Assembly (NCBI GenBank): GCA_964016885.1
Contig: OZ024744.1
Span: forward strand, 55,676,001-55,740,000
DNA from: Eledone cirrhosa
Taxonomy: Eukaryota
Direction of reading: 5' to 3'
DNA: 64,000 nt
Part shown: positions 37,255-49,748 of the stretch, one piece after another
How the letters are laid out: each line of letters begins with the position of its first letter
Position numbering within the stretch: position 1 is the stretch's first letter
Notes under the pieces: model-generated
The model's input: the letters and a program-made list of their open reading frames with translations, nothing else
What the model was told of the DNA's origin: nothing
Databases searched by the model: none
Program-made: the position numbers and the translations under genes

Positions 37255-38320
37255 ACACTGTAAAGTGGTCGTGGAGGTATTACGACAAAAAGCACCCAGC
37301 TCACACTGTAAAGTGGTCATGTAGGTGTCATGACAAAAAGCACCCAGTCCACACTGTAAAGTGGTCGTGTAGGTGTCATGACAAAAAGCACCCAGTCCAC
37401 ACTGTAAAGTGGTCGTGTAGGTGTCATGACAAAAAGCACCCAGCCCATACTGTAAAGTGGTCGTGTAGGTGTCATGACAAAAAGCACCCGATCCATACTG
37501 TAAAGTGGTCGTGTAGGTGTCATGACAAAAAGCACCCAGTCCACACTGTAAAGTGGTCGTGTAGGTGTCATGACAAAAAGCACCCAGCCCATACTGTAAA
37601 GTGGTCGTGTAGGTGTCACGACAAAAAGCACCCGGTCCACACTGTAAAGTGGTCGTGTAGGTGTCATGACAAAAAGCACCCAGTCCACACTGTAAAGTGG
37701 TCGTGTAGGTGTCATGACAAAAAGCACCTGGTCCATACTGTAAAGTGGTCGTGGAGGTATTACGACAAAAAGCACCCAGCTCACACTGTAAAGTGGTCAT
37801 GTAGGTGTCACGACAAAAAGCACCCAGCTCACACTGTAAAGTGGTCGTGTAGGTGTCATGACAAAAAGCACCCGGTCCACACTGTAAAGTGGTCGTGTAG
37901 GTGTCATGACAAAAAGCACCCAGTCCACACTGTAAAGTGGTCGTGTAGGTGTCATGACAAAAAGCACCCAGCTCACACTGTAAAGTGGTCGTGTAGGTGT
38001 CATGACAAAAAGCACCCAGCCCACACTGTAAAGTGGTCGTAGAGGTATCATGACAAAAAGCACCCAGCCCACACTGTAAAGTGGTTGTGGAGGTATCATG
38101 ACAAAAAGCAACCAGCCCACACTGTAAAGTGGTCGTATAGGTGTCATGACAAAAACCACCCAGCCCATACTGTAAAATGGTCATGGAGGTATTACGACAA
38201 AAAGCACCCAGCCCACACTGTAAAGTGGTCATGTAGGTGTCATGACAAAAAGCACCCAGTCCACACTGTAAAGTGGTCATGTAGGTGTCATGACAAAAAG
38301 CACCCACCACGCACTGTAAA
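37255..38320 (+). repeat. 48-bp minisatellite (~22 copies) amplified inside a SINE-like element (37140-38482)
   Basis: Unit CACACTGTAAAGTGGTCGTGTAGGTGTCATGACAAAAAGCACCCAGTC; present 1-2 times in sister copies. Confidence 0.95.
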
Positions 38321-38887
38321 TGAGGTTGGTGTTAGGAAGGGCATCCAGCTGTAGAAACCAAACAAGAATCAGTTCTGTATGAGCAAGACATGGTCACCTG
38401 ATGTAGCATTGCCCACAACAGGACAACTCGTCTAACCCATGCTAGAGTGGAAAAATAGACATAAAACAATGATGATGATGATAATACATATTGTCGTATT
38501 TGGGGATGGTCATGTTGCTAATATATATATATATGTGAGTGTGTGTGTGCGCGCATGTGTGTGTGTTTATATGTATATGTATGTGTATGCGTTTGTAGTT
38601 AGAGAGTGTCAATGAAACTAATGAGTAATATTGCTATAACAGTTACCCTGGTGACCTTATCTTAAATACATGCTTGCTAGTTATATAATGGAGTGGGTGG
38701 CATATGTTGGTCAGCTGCCTGGTGGAGGCCAAGGTGGAAGCTATGGTGGTGAGGAGTCAATAATCGTTGTGTAATCATTCTTTTTACTTGTATCTCATTC
38801 TTTTTTTTTCTCTTGGTCATGTTGCTAATATATATATATATGTGTGTGTGTGCATGTGTGTACATATATATATATATATATATATTA

Positions 38888-38986
38888 TATATCACAGAAA
38901 AAAAGAGAATCAGTGTTGCGACGAATGTAATATGTCCAATAAATTCCATTCGTCGTAACACTGATTCTCTTTTTTTCTGTGATATC
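38888..38986. repeat. Short fold-back palindrome beside (TA)n
   Basis: ATATCACAGAAAAAAAGAGAATCAGTGTTGCGACGAATG / CATTCGTCGTAACACTGATTCTCTTTTTTTCTGTGATAT. Confidence 0.85.
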
Positions 38987-39243
38987 ATACTCTGCTCTAT
39001 GAGAGCATCGAGTGCTCATACAGCCTACCGCATACGGACGCTTTAAGCATCCAACACCAATTATATATATATTTAAATATATATATATCATCAATATATA
39101 TGTATATATAAGTTGACGGGACTAGCATAAGTTCCACTGCTAGTACTGGTTGTATCTCAGCATACTCAATAGGTAATGCTATGTAAAAATCCTAGAGTAG
39201 ATACAAAGTTATTTGCTTCAATAAATGAGTACCACAAATTTAT

Positions 39244-39356
39244 ACCTGTACTTGAGTTTCAGCCACACTTAATGCAGCAAGGGAGTTCACAGCATCCACT
39301 GTCTGCATTTATTATGCAATAATGCACAATCAGCGCATGTGGCTTCATCAGTGGGT
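39244..39356 (-). ncRNA. Decayed hammerhead with an ~84-nt stem II domain
   Basis: ACCCA CUGAUGA AGCCACAU...GUGUGGCU GAAA CUCAAG UA^CAGGU. Confidence 0.6.
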
Positions 39357-40188
39357 CTCGCCTAATCAATAACCAATCGACAGAATTCGATTCCAGTCCA
39401 TGCCATCTATGTCAGTGAATGTGGCACAGTAGTACATTAGTAACTGGAATCTCTACACGTTATATATAGAGAGAGATAATATAGATATAGATATAGTTTA
39501 ACGCTTGATATAGAAGGAAAAAGACTGTTTCACACACTAGTCCTTCATCAGAAGATAGAATGAGAAATAAAAGAGGAAATAGAAAGATAGAGAGTGAGAA
39601 AAGGAAGAAACAGGAAAAAATCTTTTTTGAGTAAAAGCGTATATGTATTCAGTCAGCCATTATTTATATATACTGTTCCACATTGTAAATGTGGTTGGTG
39701 TCAGGAAGGGGATCCAGCTGTAAAAGGGAGGTTTTCTGCTAGCATAATATATTGATATTATACGCAATTATATATACATGTAGATATGATATGTCAAATA
39801 AAATCACAATTGACAATATACACAGAAATGAAGAGAGTCTGTGTTACACTGTCTTATGTAATCAGTAACGTAATCCATGATACATTAAAAAAAGACGATA
39901 TTATATATAAACTGCATTAGGAGAAAATTAGTGACAGAAAATTAGTATATTTATTTAAGCGATCGCCACCGGAAGTGTTGACATTTGAAAATTTTAAAGA
40001 AGTGAATCTTTAAATAAATAATAAAATATATTTAATGAACAGCTACGAAATTTAGTAGATAAATTATGTAATATTCATTCATTATTTATTCAAAGTAATC
40101 CAACTTATTTTACTAATGGGATAAAAAATTATAAACCGTACGCAGTCCCGCGCTTCTTACTTTATTATAGTTTAGATTATCATTATTA

Positions 40189-40368
40189 TTGGCAGAATCG
40201 GTAGAGGGTTGGATGCCATGCTTTCTAGCATAGTTACGTTTCTTTACAGTCTGAGTTCAAATCCCGCCGAGGTTAACTTTGCCTTTCATCCTTACGGGGT
40301 CGATAAAATAAAGTACCAGTAATGTACTGGGTAATTGCTTGCCTTGTGCCTAAAGTAGAAACAATTAT
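40189..40368 (+). mobile_element. Nin-domain SINE
   Basis: Same family as 15357. Confidence 0.87.
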
Positions 40369-40384
40369 TACATATATATATATA

Positions 40385-41730
40385 AAGTTATAGCACAGCT
40401 GATTAGGGACTGGGTTAATCTAGATGAGATGTAGTTCGGATTTGTGCCAGGCAAATGTATTATTGATACTATCTTCCCTGTGAAGCAACAACAGGAGAAG
40501 TACTTAGCTAAAAGTAAGACCCTCTATTTGGCATTTGTTGATCCTGAGAAAGCTTTTGACAGAGTTTCCCATGCCACAATCTGGTGGGCTCTAAGAAAAC
40601 TAGGAGTAGATGAGTGGTTTGTGAGGTTGGTATAAGCCATGTATAGAGGAATAGTCAGCAAAGTTAGGATTGACAATGACTTGAGTGAAGAATTTAGTGC
40701 TCTGGTAGGTGTCCAAAAGGGTTCTAGTCTTGGTCCTCTCCTGTTTATTATCATCCTGCAGGCTATAACTGAGGAGTTTAAGACTGGCTTCCCATGGGAA
40801 CTCCTGTATACTGATTATCTAAATCTCATAGCTGAATCTATGGTAGAATTAAGTGATGAAATTCCAAATCTAGAAGCATGGTCTAGAATTAAGTGATGAA
40901 ATTCCAAATCTAGAAGCATGGTCTTAGTTTCAACCTGACAAAGACTAAGGTCCTAGTAAGTAGATGGGAAAATAGGGACCTGATTCCCTCAGGGAAATGA
41001 CCTTTCTCAGTGTTTAGGAAAGAAGTGGGTAGAAATTCCTGTGTCCCAAATACAAACTATAGGTATACAAGAAATGGAGTGAGATATTAAGTAGGTTAGC
41101 TAAGGACGTAGGTTTTACATGTGATTTTTGCACAGAAGCAGTAAGCAGTAAATGCTCACAAGAAACAAGCACTATGAAATTCTTGGAGGGCTCTGTAGAA
41201 TCAGTAGTCAGCTTCTTCTACCTGGGTGACGAAATTAGTAGCAGAGGTGGGTGTTACAAAAGTACAGTAGCCAGAGTGAGAATGGGATGGAAAAAATTTC
41301 AGGGAGCTAATACTGCTGCAAGCTACAGAGGGTTTTTCCCTCAAAATGAAGGGTAATGAATACAAACAGCAATGTTGCATGGTAGCAAGGCCTGGATGCT
41401 GTTTGCAGAGGACCTGCAAAGATTATAAAAAAAGGTATTTTGCATGCTTCAATGGATGTATAATAGTTATTTACATGATTGGCAAAGTATAAATGAACTG
41501 AGAGGGAAACTAGGCATAATAGGGATCAGATGTAGTGTAAATGAGAGGAGATTGCATATGTATGAAGGATGTCAGCTGCATAAAAAAGGTGCAGGGTGCT
41601 CAAAGTCGATGGAAGCTATGGAGCAGGGAGACCTAGAAAAACTTGGGATAAAGTGATAAAAGCTGACCTTGCACAATTACACCTTTCAAAGGTGACGACA
41701 CAGGATTGAGATCTCTAGCATTATGCAGTA
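40385..41730 (+). mobile_element. Decayed RTE LINE
   Basis: AFVDPEKAFDRV, GVQKGSSLGPLLF; local ~37-bp tandem duplication at 40843-40926. Confidence 0.85.
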
Positions 41731-41862
41731 CTGCAGAAGATTTGCCTTCCCATTTAGTATGCACCATTTTATCCTTCCCTTCTCTTCCATACACCTCCCA
41801 CACCCTAACACTACACCCCCCCCCCTCTGCCCCCAATAAAAAAAAAATTAAATCATTTCGCT

Positions 41863-41929
41863 GATTGATGAATGTTTCAATTAATATAACAGGGATATTC
41901 ATTCCTGCTATATTAATCTCCTCAGAATC
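41863..41929 (-). ncRNA. Hammerhead motif with a long (~18-bp) stem II
   Basis: GAUU CUGAGGA GAUUAAUAUAGCAGGAAU GAAU AUCCCUGUUAUAUUAAUU GAAA CAUUCA UC^AAUC. Confidence 0.65.
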
Positions 41930-42669
41930 TATTAAATAACATTAATAATTACCAACACATGTCCATAAGATCACAAGACCAAAAATGACTGGAATTTGAA
42001 CTCAGAACTTCAAGGGTTGTAATTTTATGTTGCAAAGCATGTCCAATACTCTACAGATAGTGTCAATCTACCAGTCATCATCATCATCATCATCGTTTAA
42101 CGTCCATCTTCCACGTTAGCATGGGTTTGGACGGGATTTTCCCACTTGAGGCAAGATTGGTCGTCTCGCTCGTATAGGACTGTCTGGTAGGTTTTCTATG
42201 GCTGGATGCCCTTCCTAACACCAACCACGTTTACAGTGTGGACTGGGAGGTTTTTACCGTGTTACCTACACAGAATATGCTTATATTAAACAAACATAAG
42301 TGCCACGAAAAATTACACTTTGAAAGGTGGTTGATGATAGGAAGGGCATCCTGACTTAGATAGCATGCCAAAAAATGGTCAAGAGTATTGTTTAGTTGTG
42401 TCAAAGACATGATAGCCTCCCACAATAAAATGCACCTGATGCACTCTGTCAAGTATGCAAACGTATGTAAGGGATATGCAGGCCCCCAGCTCATCTGAGA
42501 GGTTATTAGCTCTGAATAATCACTGACTTCATCTGAGATGACCTCTCCAAAACTTGTGAGCAAGGAAAATGGACAAATGATGATGATAATGATGATGATG
42601 ATAATGATACATATATCTATATATATATATATCTCTATACATTATATAACTATGTGTGTTTGTGTGTGT

Positions 42670-43080
42670 GAGGACCAGTTGGGAAAAGTATTCCGGTTTG
42701 CAAGAGAGTATAGAAGAGAAAACCAGGACGTTGTGGGAGAGAAGTGTATAGGAAACAACAGTAGCACACTTACCCTTACTGATGCCAAAAAGAAGGAAGC
42801 ATAGAAGTGTTATTATGAGAAAAATGCATGGGAGAGTTAGGGTCTATTTCAAGTAGACTGAGCTGAGGGAACAACCATCAAAGTTGACAGCAGTGTGATA
42901 GATAAGATGATTAAGGAAATGAAGGTAGGGAAGGTAGCTGGATTATTGTAGAAATGGCTAAATTATCTCATGGAGCAGGACACAGACTAGTCACTTATAT
43001 AGTAAACCAGGTAGTACAAGATGGTGTCATATTCAATGACTGATTTTATAGCATCATTGTCAGCTACTACAATGGTAAAG
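42670..43080 (+). mobile_element. RTE remnant
   Basis: VFRFARE...NQDVVGEKCI. Confidence 0.75.
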
Positions 43081-43083
43081 TGA

Positions 43084-43131
43084 GAGAATGTCACCGATGA
43101 AGGATAAAAATCCAGAAAGTCTGGCATTCTC
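43084..43131 (+). ncRNA. Relic hammerhead (U4C, stem III deleted)
   Basis: GAGAAUGUCA CCGAUGA AGGAU AAAA AUCCA GAAA GUC^UGGCAUUCUC; 10-bp stem I. Confidence 0.6.
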
Positions 43132-44011
43132 ATCAGTTACTGAAATAGCTGTGACTTAGGCAAGCCAGGTCAGATGACCATGTCTTACTCATATAGAACT
43201 GATTCTGGCTATATTTCTATGGTTGGATGCCCTTCCTAACGCCAACCACATATACAGTTGTTACTGGGTGCGCTTTGTCGTGGCACCATCTCCGTCTGCT
43301 GCAACAATAACACCAAATTCATGGGCCATCTCCGAATCAAATATTTTCTCTTTTCGTGTTTGCTGTAATTCCTTTTATTGATTAACTAATTATACAATCT
43401 GCACCAGATGATGTCACCATGGTCTTACAACACAACCAGGCCATTAAAATATGTATAGTATGTTTTACAACATTAAAACTTTAAATGGACCCAGTCTCCA
43501 AAGTACGGTTCCATTGTGAGCACAGTCCCAATATGGGCAAGGTACGGCACGGCCATCTGGCTAGATTTGATGCATATCAAGATCACCCAGTAACATGGCT
43601 TCCTCATTGTGGGACAACCGAGCTCCAAAATTACGGTTCCGATGTGAGCAGGGTATAGCGCGGCTAACTGGACAGACACTCCTCATAATAGCTCCACTAT
43701 GAGTAAGGCTTGGTGCAGCCAACTAACCAGACCAACCAGATCCCAAAATACAGTAACAGTCACGATATGTGCAAGGTATGGGCATGGCCATCTAGCCAGA
43801 CTTGGCTCATAACAGGACCACCCAATAACATGGCTCCACTATGTGTAAGGCTTGGCCTGGCCAACTAATCAAATCCCCCTCATAGATAGTGGGACCACCA
43901 GGTTCACAAATTATGGTTCTGATGTGAGCAGAATATGGCTAGATTCAGATCTAGCTGTCGAAACGGCCGGAGCTCAGCCATCAGGGTCCTGACTCTTTTC
44001 CTATATATATA

Positions 44012-45467
44012 TATGGAGGGGCTTCAAATGTAGGTATACAGTAACAAAAAACAAAATGTATTTTATTGATTATACAAACATATCAATAATAAATATATTA
44101 ATCTCTCAAATGTTCAAACTGTTTGGCCCCTGGAATTTACACTCTCCACTAGTTGAGTGTGGACATCCATGCACAGTCTGGTACATAGGTCTTTATCGGC
44201 ATCAATTTCCTGGCAAGTCAGCCATATGAACTGGATCATGGCATCAACAGAATTTGGCTTGCATGTGAAAATTCTATCTTTTACACATCCCCAAACAAAG
44301 AAGTTCATAGCAGTGAGATCCTGCAAACGAAGTGACCAGTCTATGGGAAATTGTTTGACAAGTAGTGCACACACAGTAAGTACGAAGTGTGGTGGTGCCC
44401 CATCTTGCTGAAAGCAGAAGTTTTTCTGTTGCTGTCCACATACCTTTGGTATAATTGTATCTGTCAGCATATTCAGATACACGTGTTGATCGACAGTGCT
44501 GTGCAGAATGATAGGTCCAACAACACCTTTGCAGGACAGGCCAGCCCACACTGTCACTCCAGGCTGATTGAGCTGTTGCTCAATTGTGACTTTAGGATTT
44601 TTAGTTATGCAGTTCACACAATTGTGCTGATTAACAGCACCTAATAGCTTAAAGTTTGCTTCATCGGACCACATGATTTTGCCTAGAATGCCATCACCCT
44701 CTTGTGCCTCATTCAGGATGTCTTCACAAAATTGTAAATACTGATATGAGTCATCCTCCAATAAACCATGTATCAAATGTGGCATGTACATTTTAAGTCC
44801 TACATGGTACATCAAACGACCCAACAATCTGCGTTCAATACTCAATTTAGATGACAACCTGTTTTTCGATTTCTGGGGGCTCTGTGTGAATGCCAAGGCA
44901 ACTTGCATTGCATTCTCTGGTGTTGTCATGGCGACTGGTGGATCACTCTTTGGCGAGTTGCTCAAACTTGTCATGTATCTGGTAAATCGTGAGCCTCGTT
45001 TGTGGAAGTAATGTAAATGTTTCTCAACACTGTCCTTGCACGTGTTCACTATTCTATCTTCAAAATCCAATTGAGCTCCTCGTCTGTTAAATAACCAGCT
45101 ACTGTTAAATTGCCACTTTACCTGCAAATAATAGATGTATTATAATAAGAATTATGAAAATAAATATATTAGAAATATTAATAATGATTTCAATGAATTA
45201 AATGAATTCTAGTATTAAATGAATCCTAACACCACTATTCAGTATCGGCAGAGGGTCGGATGCCATGCTTTGCAGCACAGAGTTGCGGCCCTTTTACGGT
45301 CTAAGTTCAAATCCCGCTGAGGTTAAGTTTGCCTTTCATCCTTACGGGGTCGATAAAATAAAGTACCAGTAATACTCTGGGATAATTGCTGGCCTTGTGC
45401 CAAAAGTAGAAACAATTATTATAACACTGGTAATACTGTTATAATCCTTACTATAGACCTACTTTTA
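44012..45467 (-). mobile_element. Tc1/mariner-superfamily transposon with decayed transposase ORF 44114-45127; Nin SINE inserted at 45246-45420
   Basis: WSDEANF, VTVWAGLS, QQDGAPPH, DLTAMNFFVWG; imperfect TIR AAATGTAGGTATACAGTA / TACTATAGACCTACTTTT. Confidence 0.85.
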
Positions 45468-46151
45468 TATAAATATGTATATAATACACACAGGCACACA
45501 CATATGTATATACAGTCTGCAACACAGATGGTGAGAACAACCAGGGCAAGACAGATGGTGCAAACAAACAAATGATGATGTCACCAGATATTGTGTGTGT
45601 GTATGTACGTGTGTATGTGTGCTTTGTGTGTGTATGTATGTATGTGTATGTTCATGTATTTGTTTATATATGTGTGCATGTGTATGTGTGTAAATATACA
45701 CGTGTGTGTAAATATACACGTGTGTGTGTGCGTATATATATAAGTGTGTGTATGTGTGTATGAATATGTGTGTGTATAAAAAAAAAGTCTGTACAATTGT
45801 TCTTGTTTATATGCATATCATGTGCATGTTTCTGTGTGTACGTATGTGAGTGGAAAGACAGAGTGTGTGTAGGAGTGAGTATATAAGTGTGTGTATGTGA
45901 AAGTACACGTGTGTGTATCTGTGAGACTTTGAGTATGTGTATGTCTGCGAGTGTGTGTGTTTGTGAATATCTATGAATATGTGTGTGATACTATGACAAC
46001 AACTACAACAAAACCAACATTCAAAACAACAACAACAACAACATCAATCATCACCACAACAACATTAGTAAATACCATGTTTGGATCCCTTCTACACTAC
46101 CACCACCACTACGAATACCACCACCACCACCACCACCACCACCACCACCAC

Positions 46152-46452
46152 CAATACAGAAGACCCGACTTCCCTCAGGTACAAGCCGAAGTTGAAGCAT
46201 ATAGACAATATGCCCGCCACACCCTCCCACTGCAAAGTGATCGTGGAGCTGCCACGGCAAAAAAGCACCGAGCCCACACTGTAAAGTGGATGTGTAGGCG
46301 CCACGAAAAAGCACCCAGCACTCACGGTAAATAAGGTTGGTGTTAGGAAGGGCATCCAGCTGTAGAAATCAAGCCAGAATCAGTTCCCGTATGAGCAAGA
46401 CAAGGTCAGCGGACCGGACACTGCCCTCGACAGGACAACCCGTCTAACCCAT
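46152..46452 (+). mobile_element. RTE-tailed SINE-like element
   Basis: Homologous to 36355-36610. Confidence 0.8.
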
Positions 46453-46882
46453 TCTTGATTATTAAAAAAATTATTTGAAAATCATAGGTAATCTTTCATT
46501 AGAAATATAATAATTAAAAGGTTACACTTTGCATTTCCACAGTATAATTAGTTGTTATTTATGCTCAACTCTGCACCACCTCTTCCAGTTTTAATGCTTC
46601 TGTTGTATGATGTGCTGTCAGGGAAAAGCATAGCTTCCCTTACCTCTTGGGTTCTCTCCTAGCGTTGATCTTGTCCAGATGGGATATTATCCGGTAAGAG
46701 CTCTACCTACCTAACCTCTGGCCAGAAACCTAGAGCTCAAATCAAGATGACAGTCAAAGGGAAAGAAACCCACACCACTCATCTCTCGACTTATATGACA
46801 TCACTGAGCCCTACAATACCGGCAACCCATTTACCCCACTCAATGTTAATGTTTTATAGGGAAATAAGAAAAACTTGCAAAG

Positions 46883-47757
46883 CAGGGCTAGATTAATGAA
46901 ACTAATGGACACAGAGCTAGAGCACGTTGGAGATCTACCAACATCTGCACATAAGAAATTTACTGAAAATTAAAATACAAAAATACATAGAGTGATGCTG
47001 ACATTCAAGCATCCTTACATGCTGACTTCTAAAACATATACACCAAAGGAAAAAGAAATGTATTTAATAACAATTGTAATATTTGGGGAGAGTCATGATG
47101 TTATAATATTGCTAGAAAAATATATAGTAAAACACACCCACTGTTTGATTTGGCATGTTTTTTGCTTCAGTATATTTTACATTTCTATTAATTATAGCAT
47201 TAAATTAAAAATCGATTGACATATATAAAATAAACACATCAAACAATTACATGGGATAATTTGTAAAGAGTGTAAACACACATAGTTACGTAGGTAACAT
47301 TTTAAAATTTAACGAGAACTTCAAATATAGATACCTTACAATAATGATTAATCTCCTTTGTATATATTTCATTAAAGAAATATATTTCACCATTAATCGG
47401 TAAATCAGAGAAGTCAAATAATTAATTATAGAAATATAAAATATACTAAAGCGAAAACCAACCCAAACCAAAGAGTGAGTGTTTTATTATATCTTTCTGG
47501 CAATATTATAACAACATGACCCTCTCCAAATATTACACTATCTGTTTCAACATGATTTCATATTAAAAAAAAAAAAACCTTGCAAAACAAATTCATCGCC
47601 GTCACAATAATTGTAATATTCTAAATTTTGATGAAGTTGTACTTTACAGCAGTAATATAACATATATTTTAATATATATTTAAAACAAGATGGGGTTTCC
47701 CTGAATTATGAGACCCTGGGCTGTAGCCAACATAGACCATGTGTAAATGGGGTACTG
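46883..47757. mobile_element. Probable hAT-type MITE with an internal ~120-bp inverted repeat
   Basis: Ends CAGGGCTAGATTAA / TAAATGGGGTACTG; approximate TSD CTTGCA(A/G); internal arms ~47075-47195 and ~47420-47537. Confidence 0.5.
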
Positions 47758-48063
47758 CTTGCAGGTTTGTAAGGGCAAGAGGTCTTAAGATATCTTAAAC
47801 ATTGTTTAGTTTTCACAATAGAAAACTATAACGATTATATTAACTTTGAATTAGTTAAAAAGACAGAGAAATAATAAACTGGTATAGATAAACAACTTTT
47901 CAATAAGTTAAGTTATTATCTATTTAAAAATATGCAGACGAAGCAGTGTGACTAATTAAAACAATGCCAAACCCACCTAACTCCATTGCCAAAACAACAA
48001 TTTATGTCTGAAATTGTTTTTCTTTTTTTTCTTTTCCCTTTTTCATGTGACGCCCATAAATAT

Positions 48064-48095
<32 letters not shown>

Positions 48096-48241
48096 CATAT
48101 ATAATATATATATTAAAGAGTTAAACAAGATTCAATGAGTTTTATAGTAGATTGGAAGCACTCTATAAGTAAAATATTTTCCAGAGTTATTAATGTTAAA
48201 ATAAAAATATTAATAAAATAGATGTTCTTGTGATCAATTAA

Positions 48242-48294
48242 ATTTTATTATACATATTTCAGAGGTACAACAGTACGTCCTCATCAGATAAAAT
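48242..48294 (-). ncRNA. Type-I minimal hammerhead ribozyme
   Basis: AUUUUAU CUGAUGA GGACGUAC UGUU GUACCUCU GAAA UAUGUA UA^AUAAAAU. Confidence 0.75.
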
Positions 48295-48560
48295 AAAATG
48301 ATACATGACATACCCTGAGATGTTAAATGGTTAAGATTTAATCAAGGTAGTCTACTACCTGGATTAAATCTTAACCATTTAACATCTCAAGGTATGCCAT
48401 GTATCATTTTATTTTATCTGATGAGGTCGTACTGTTGTACCTCTGTATAATAAAATTTAATTGATCACAAGAACATCTATTTTATTAATATTTATATTTT
48501 AATATTATATATATACACAATATATTAATAAATGGAAACTATATTTATAAAACCACATTT

Positions 48561-48624
48561 ATTTTATTATACATATTTCAAGAGCAACCAAGGCAGATTA
48601 TGGTGCGCTTTCATCAGATAAAAT
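48561..48624 (-). ncRNA. Type-I minimal hammerhead ribozyme
   Basis: AUUUUAU CUGAUGA AAGCGCACCA...UGGUUGCUCUU GAAA UAUGUA UA^AUAAAAU. Confidence 0.78.
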
Positions 48625-48744
48625 ACAAATTTGTTTTATAAATAAATATTGACATACCCGGAAAAAAGACAACCTTAACGGTTGGAGCTTCCAAGGTTGT
48701 CTTTTTTCCGGGTATGTCAATATTTATTTATAAAACAAATCTGT

Positions 48745-48808
48745 ATTTTATCTGATGAAAGCGCACCATAATCTGCTTTGGTTGCCCTTGAAATATGTAT
48801 AATAAAAT
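48745..48808 (+). ncRNA. Type-I minimal hammerhead ribozyme (other arm of the palindrome)
   Basis: CUGAUGA 48752-48758; GAAA 48790-48793; 7-bp stem I. Confidence 0.78.
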
Positions 48809-49054
48809 AAATATAGTTTCCATTTATTAATATATTGTGTATTTACTCCACTAATTTGTTGAGTGCTCTTTATATCAGTTATAAAAATGTTTAAGCTTGT
48901 TGAATCCCAACAAATTAAATATAACCTCTGCATATATATATATATATATATATGTGAAGTAATTCCATCGGAAAAGTCCAGGAAAAAAGAGTGCTCTATG
49001 TAAGCAACAGAGCTTAATTATTATTATTATGTAATAAACAACATAAGGCAATTA

Positions 49055-49114
49055 TTCCATTTACCAGTGGTTTCTTAAAAGCAAAAGGTTTTGCTTTCAA
49101 TCCTCAGAATGAAA
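49055..49114 (-). ncRNA. Type-I hammerhead ribozyme
   Basis: UUUCAUU CUGAGGA UUGAAAGCAAA ACCU UUUGCUUUUAA GAAA CCACUGG UA^AAUGGAA; inverted 3'-half copy at 49381-49438. Confidence 0.72.
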
Positions 49115-49431
49115 AATCCTGGTTTGTTTATTGAATATGGATTCTAAAAACAAAAATGCAATCTATATGAAAGTGAGGCTGGAAAAGGGAGAAGGAAAGG
49201 AAAAATAAAATAAAATAAAACTACACATGCAAACACACACAAAAAAACACAAAAGCATACTTACACACACACACATATATACACATATAATTTGCACGCA
49301 TACACATATACACATACACACATATATAATATATATATATATATATATATACACATACATACATATATATACATATGTATAAGAAACCACTGGTAAATGG
49401 AATAATTGCCTTATGTTGTTTATTACATAAT

Positions 49432-49483
<52 letters not shown>

Positions 49484-49555
49484 GAGTTATAAACTCAAAT
49501 AGTCTTTTACAATTAAATAGCTCAAAGAAAGGAATATTTCTGAGCCTTGTAATAC

Positions 49556-49693
49556 AAATGAATATATGAGAGGGATAAACACTGATACAAGTATACATGT
49601 GTTCGTATGGCAAATGACCAACTTAACTTGGTCATTTGCAATGCGAACACATGTATACTTGTATCAGTGTTTATCCCTCTCATATATTCATTT
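49556..49693. repeat. Near-perfect fold-back palindrome, half-hammerhead-like
   Basis: Arms ~65 bp; right arm GCGAACACATGTATAC. Confidence 0.85.
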
Positions 49694-49694
49694 G

Positions 49695-49746
<52 letters not shown>

Positions 49747-49748
<2 letters not shown>

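Noticed and set aside
39520-39560. Minus-strand CUGAUGAAGGACUAGUGUGUGAAACAGUC
   Set aside because: Stems I and II do not pair; at best a heavily decayed relic
39958-39985. ETS-like ACCGGAAGTG in a small CpG patch as a promoter
   Set aside because: Single short motif, possibly within a Helitron-like remnant ending near 40176; no other support
46580-46705. Possible short minus-strand exons
   Set aside because: Each candidate has one weak splice site and no recognisable peptide
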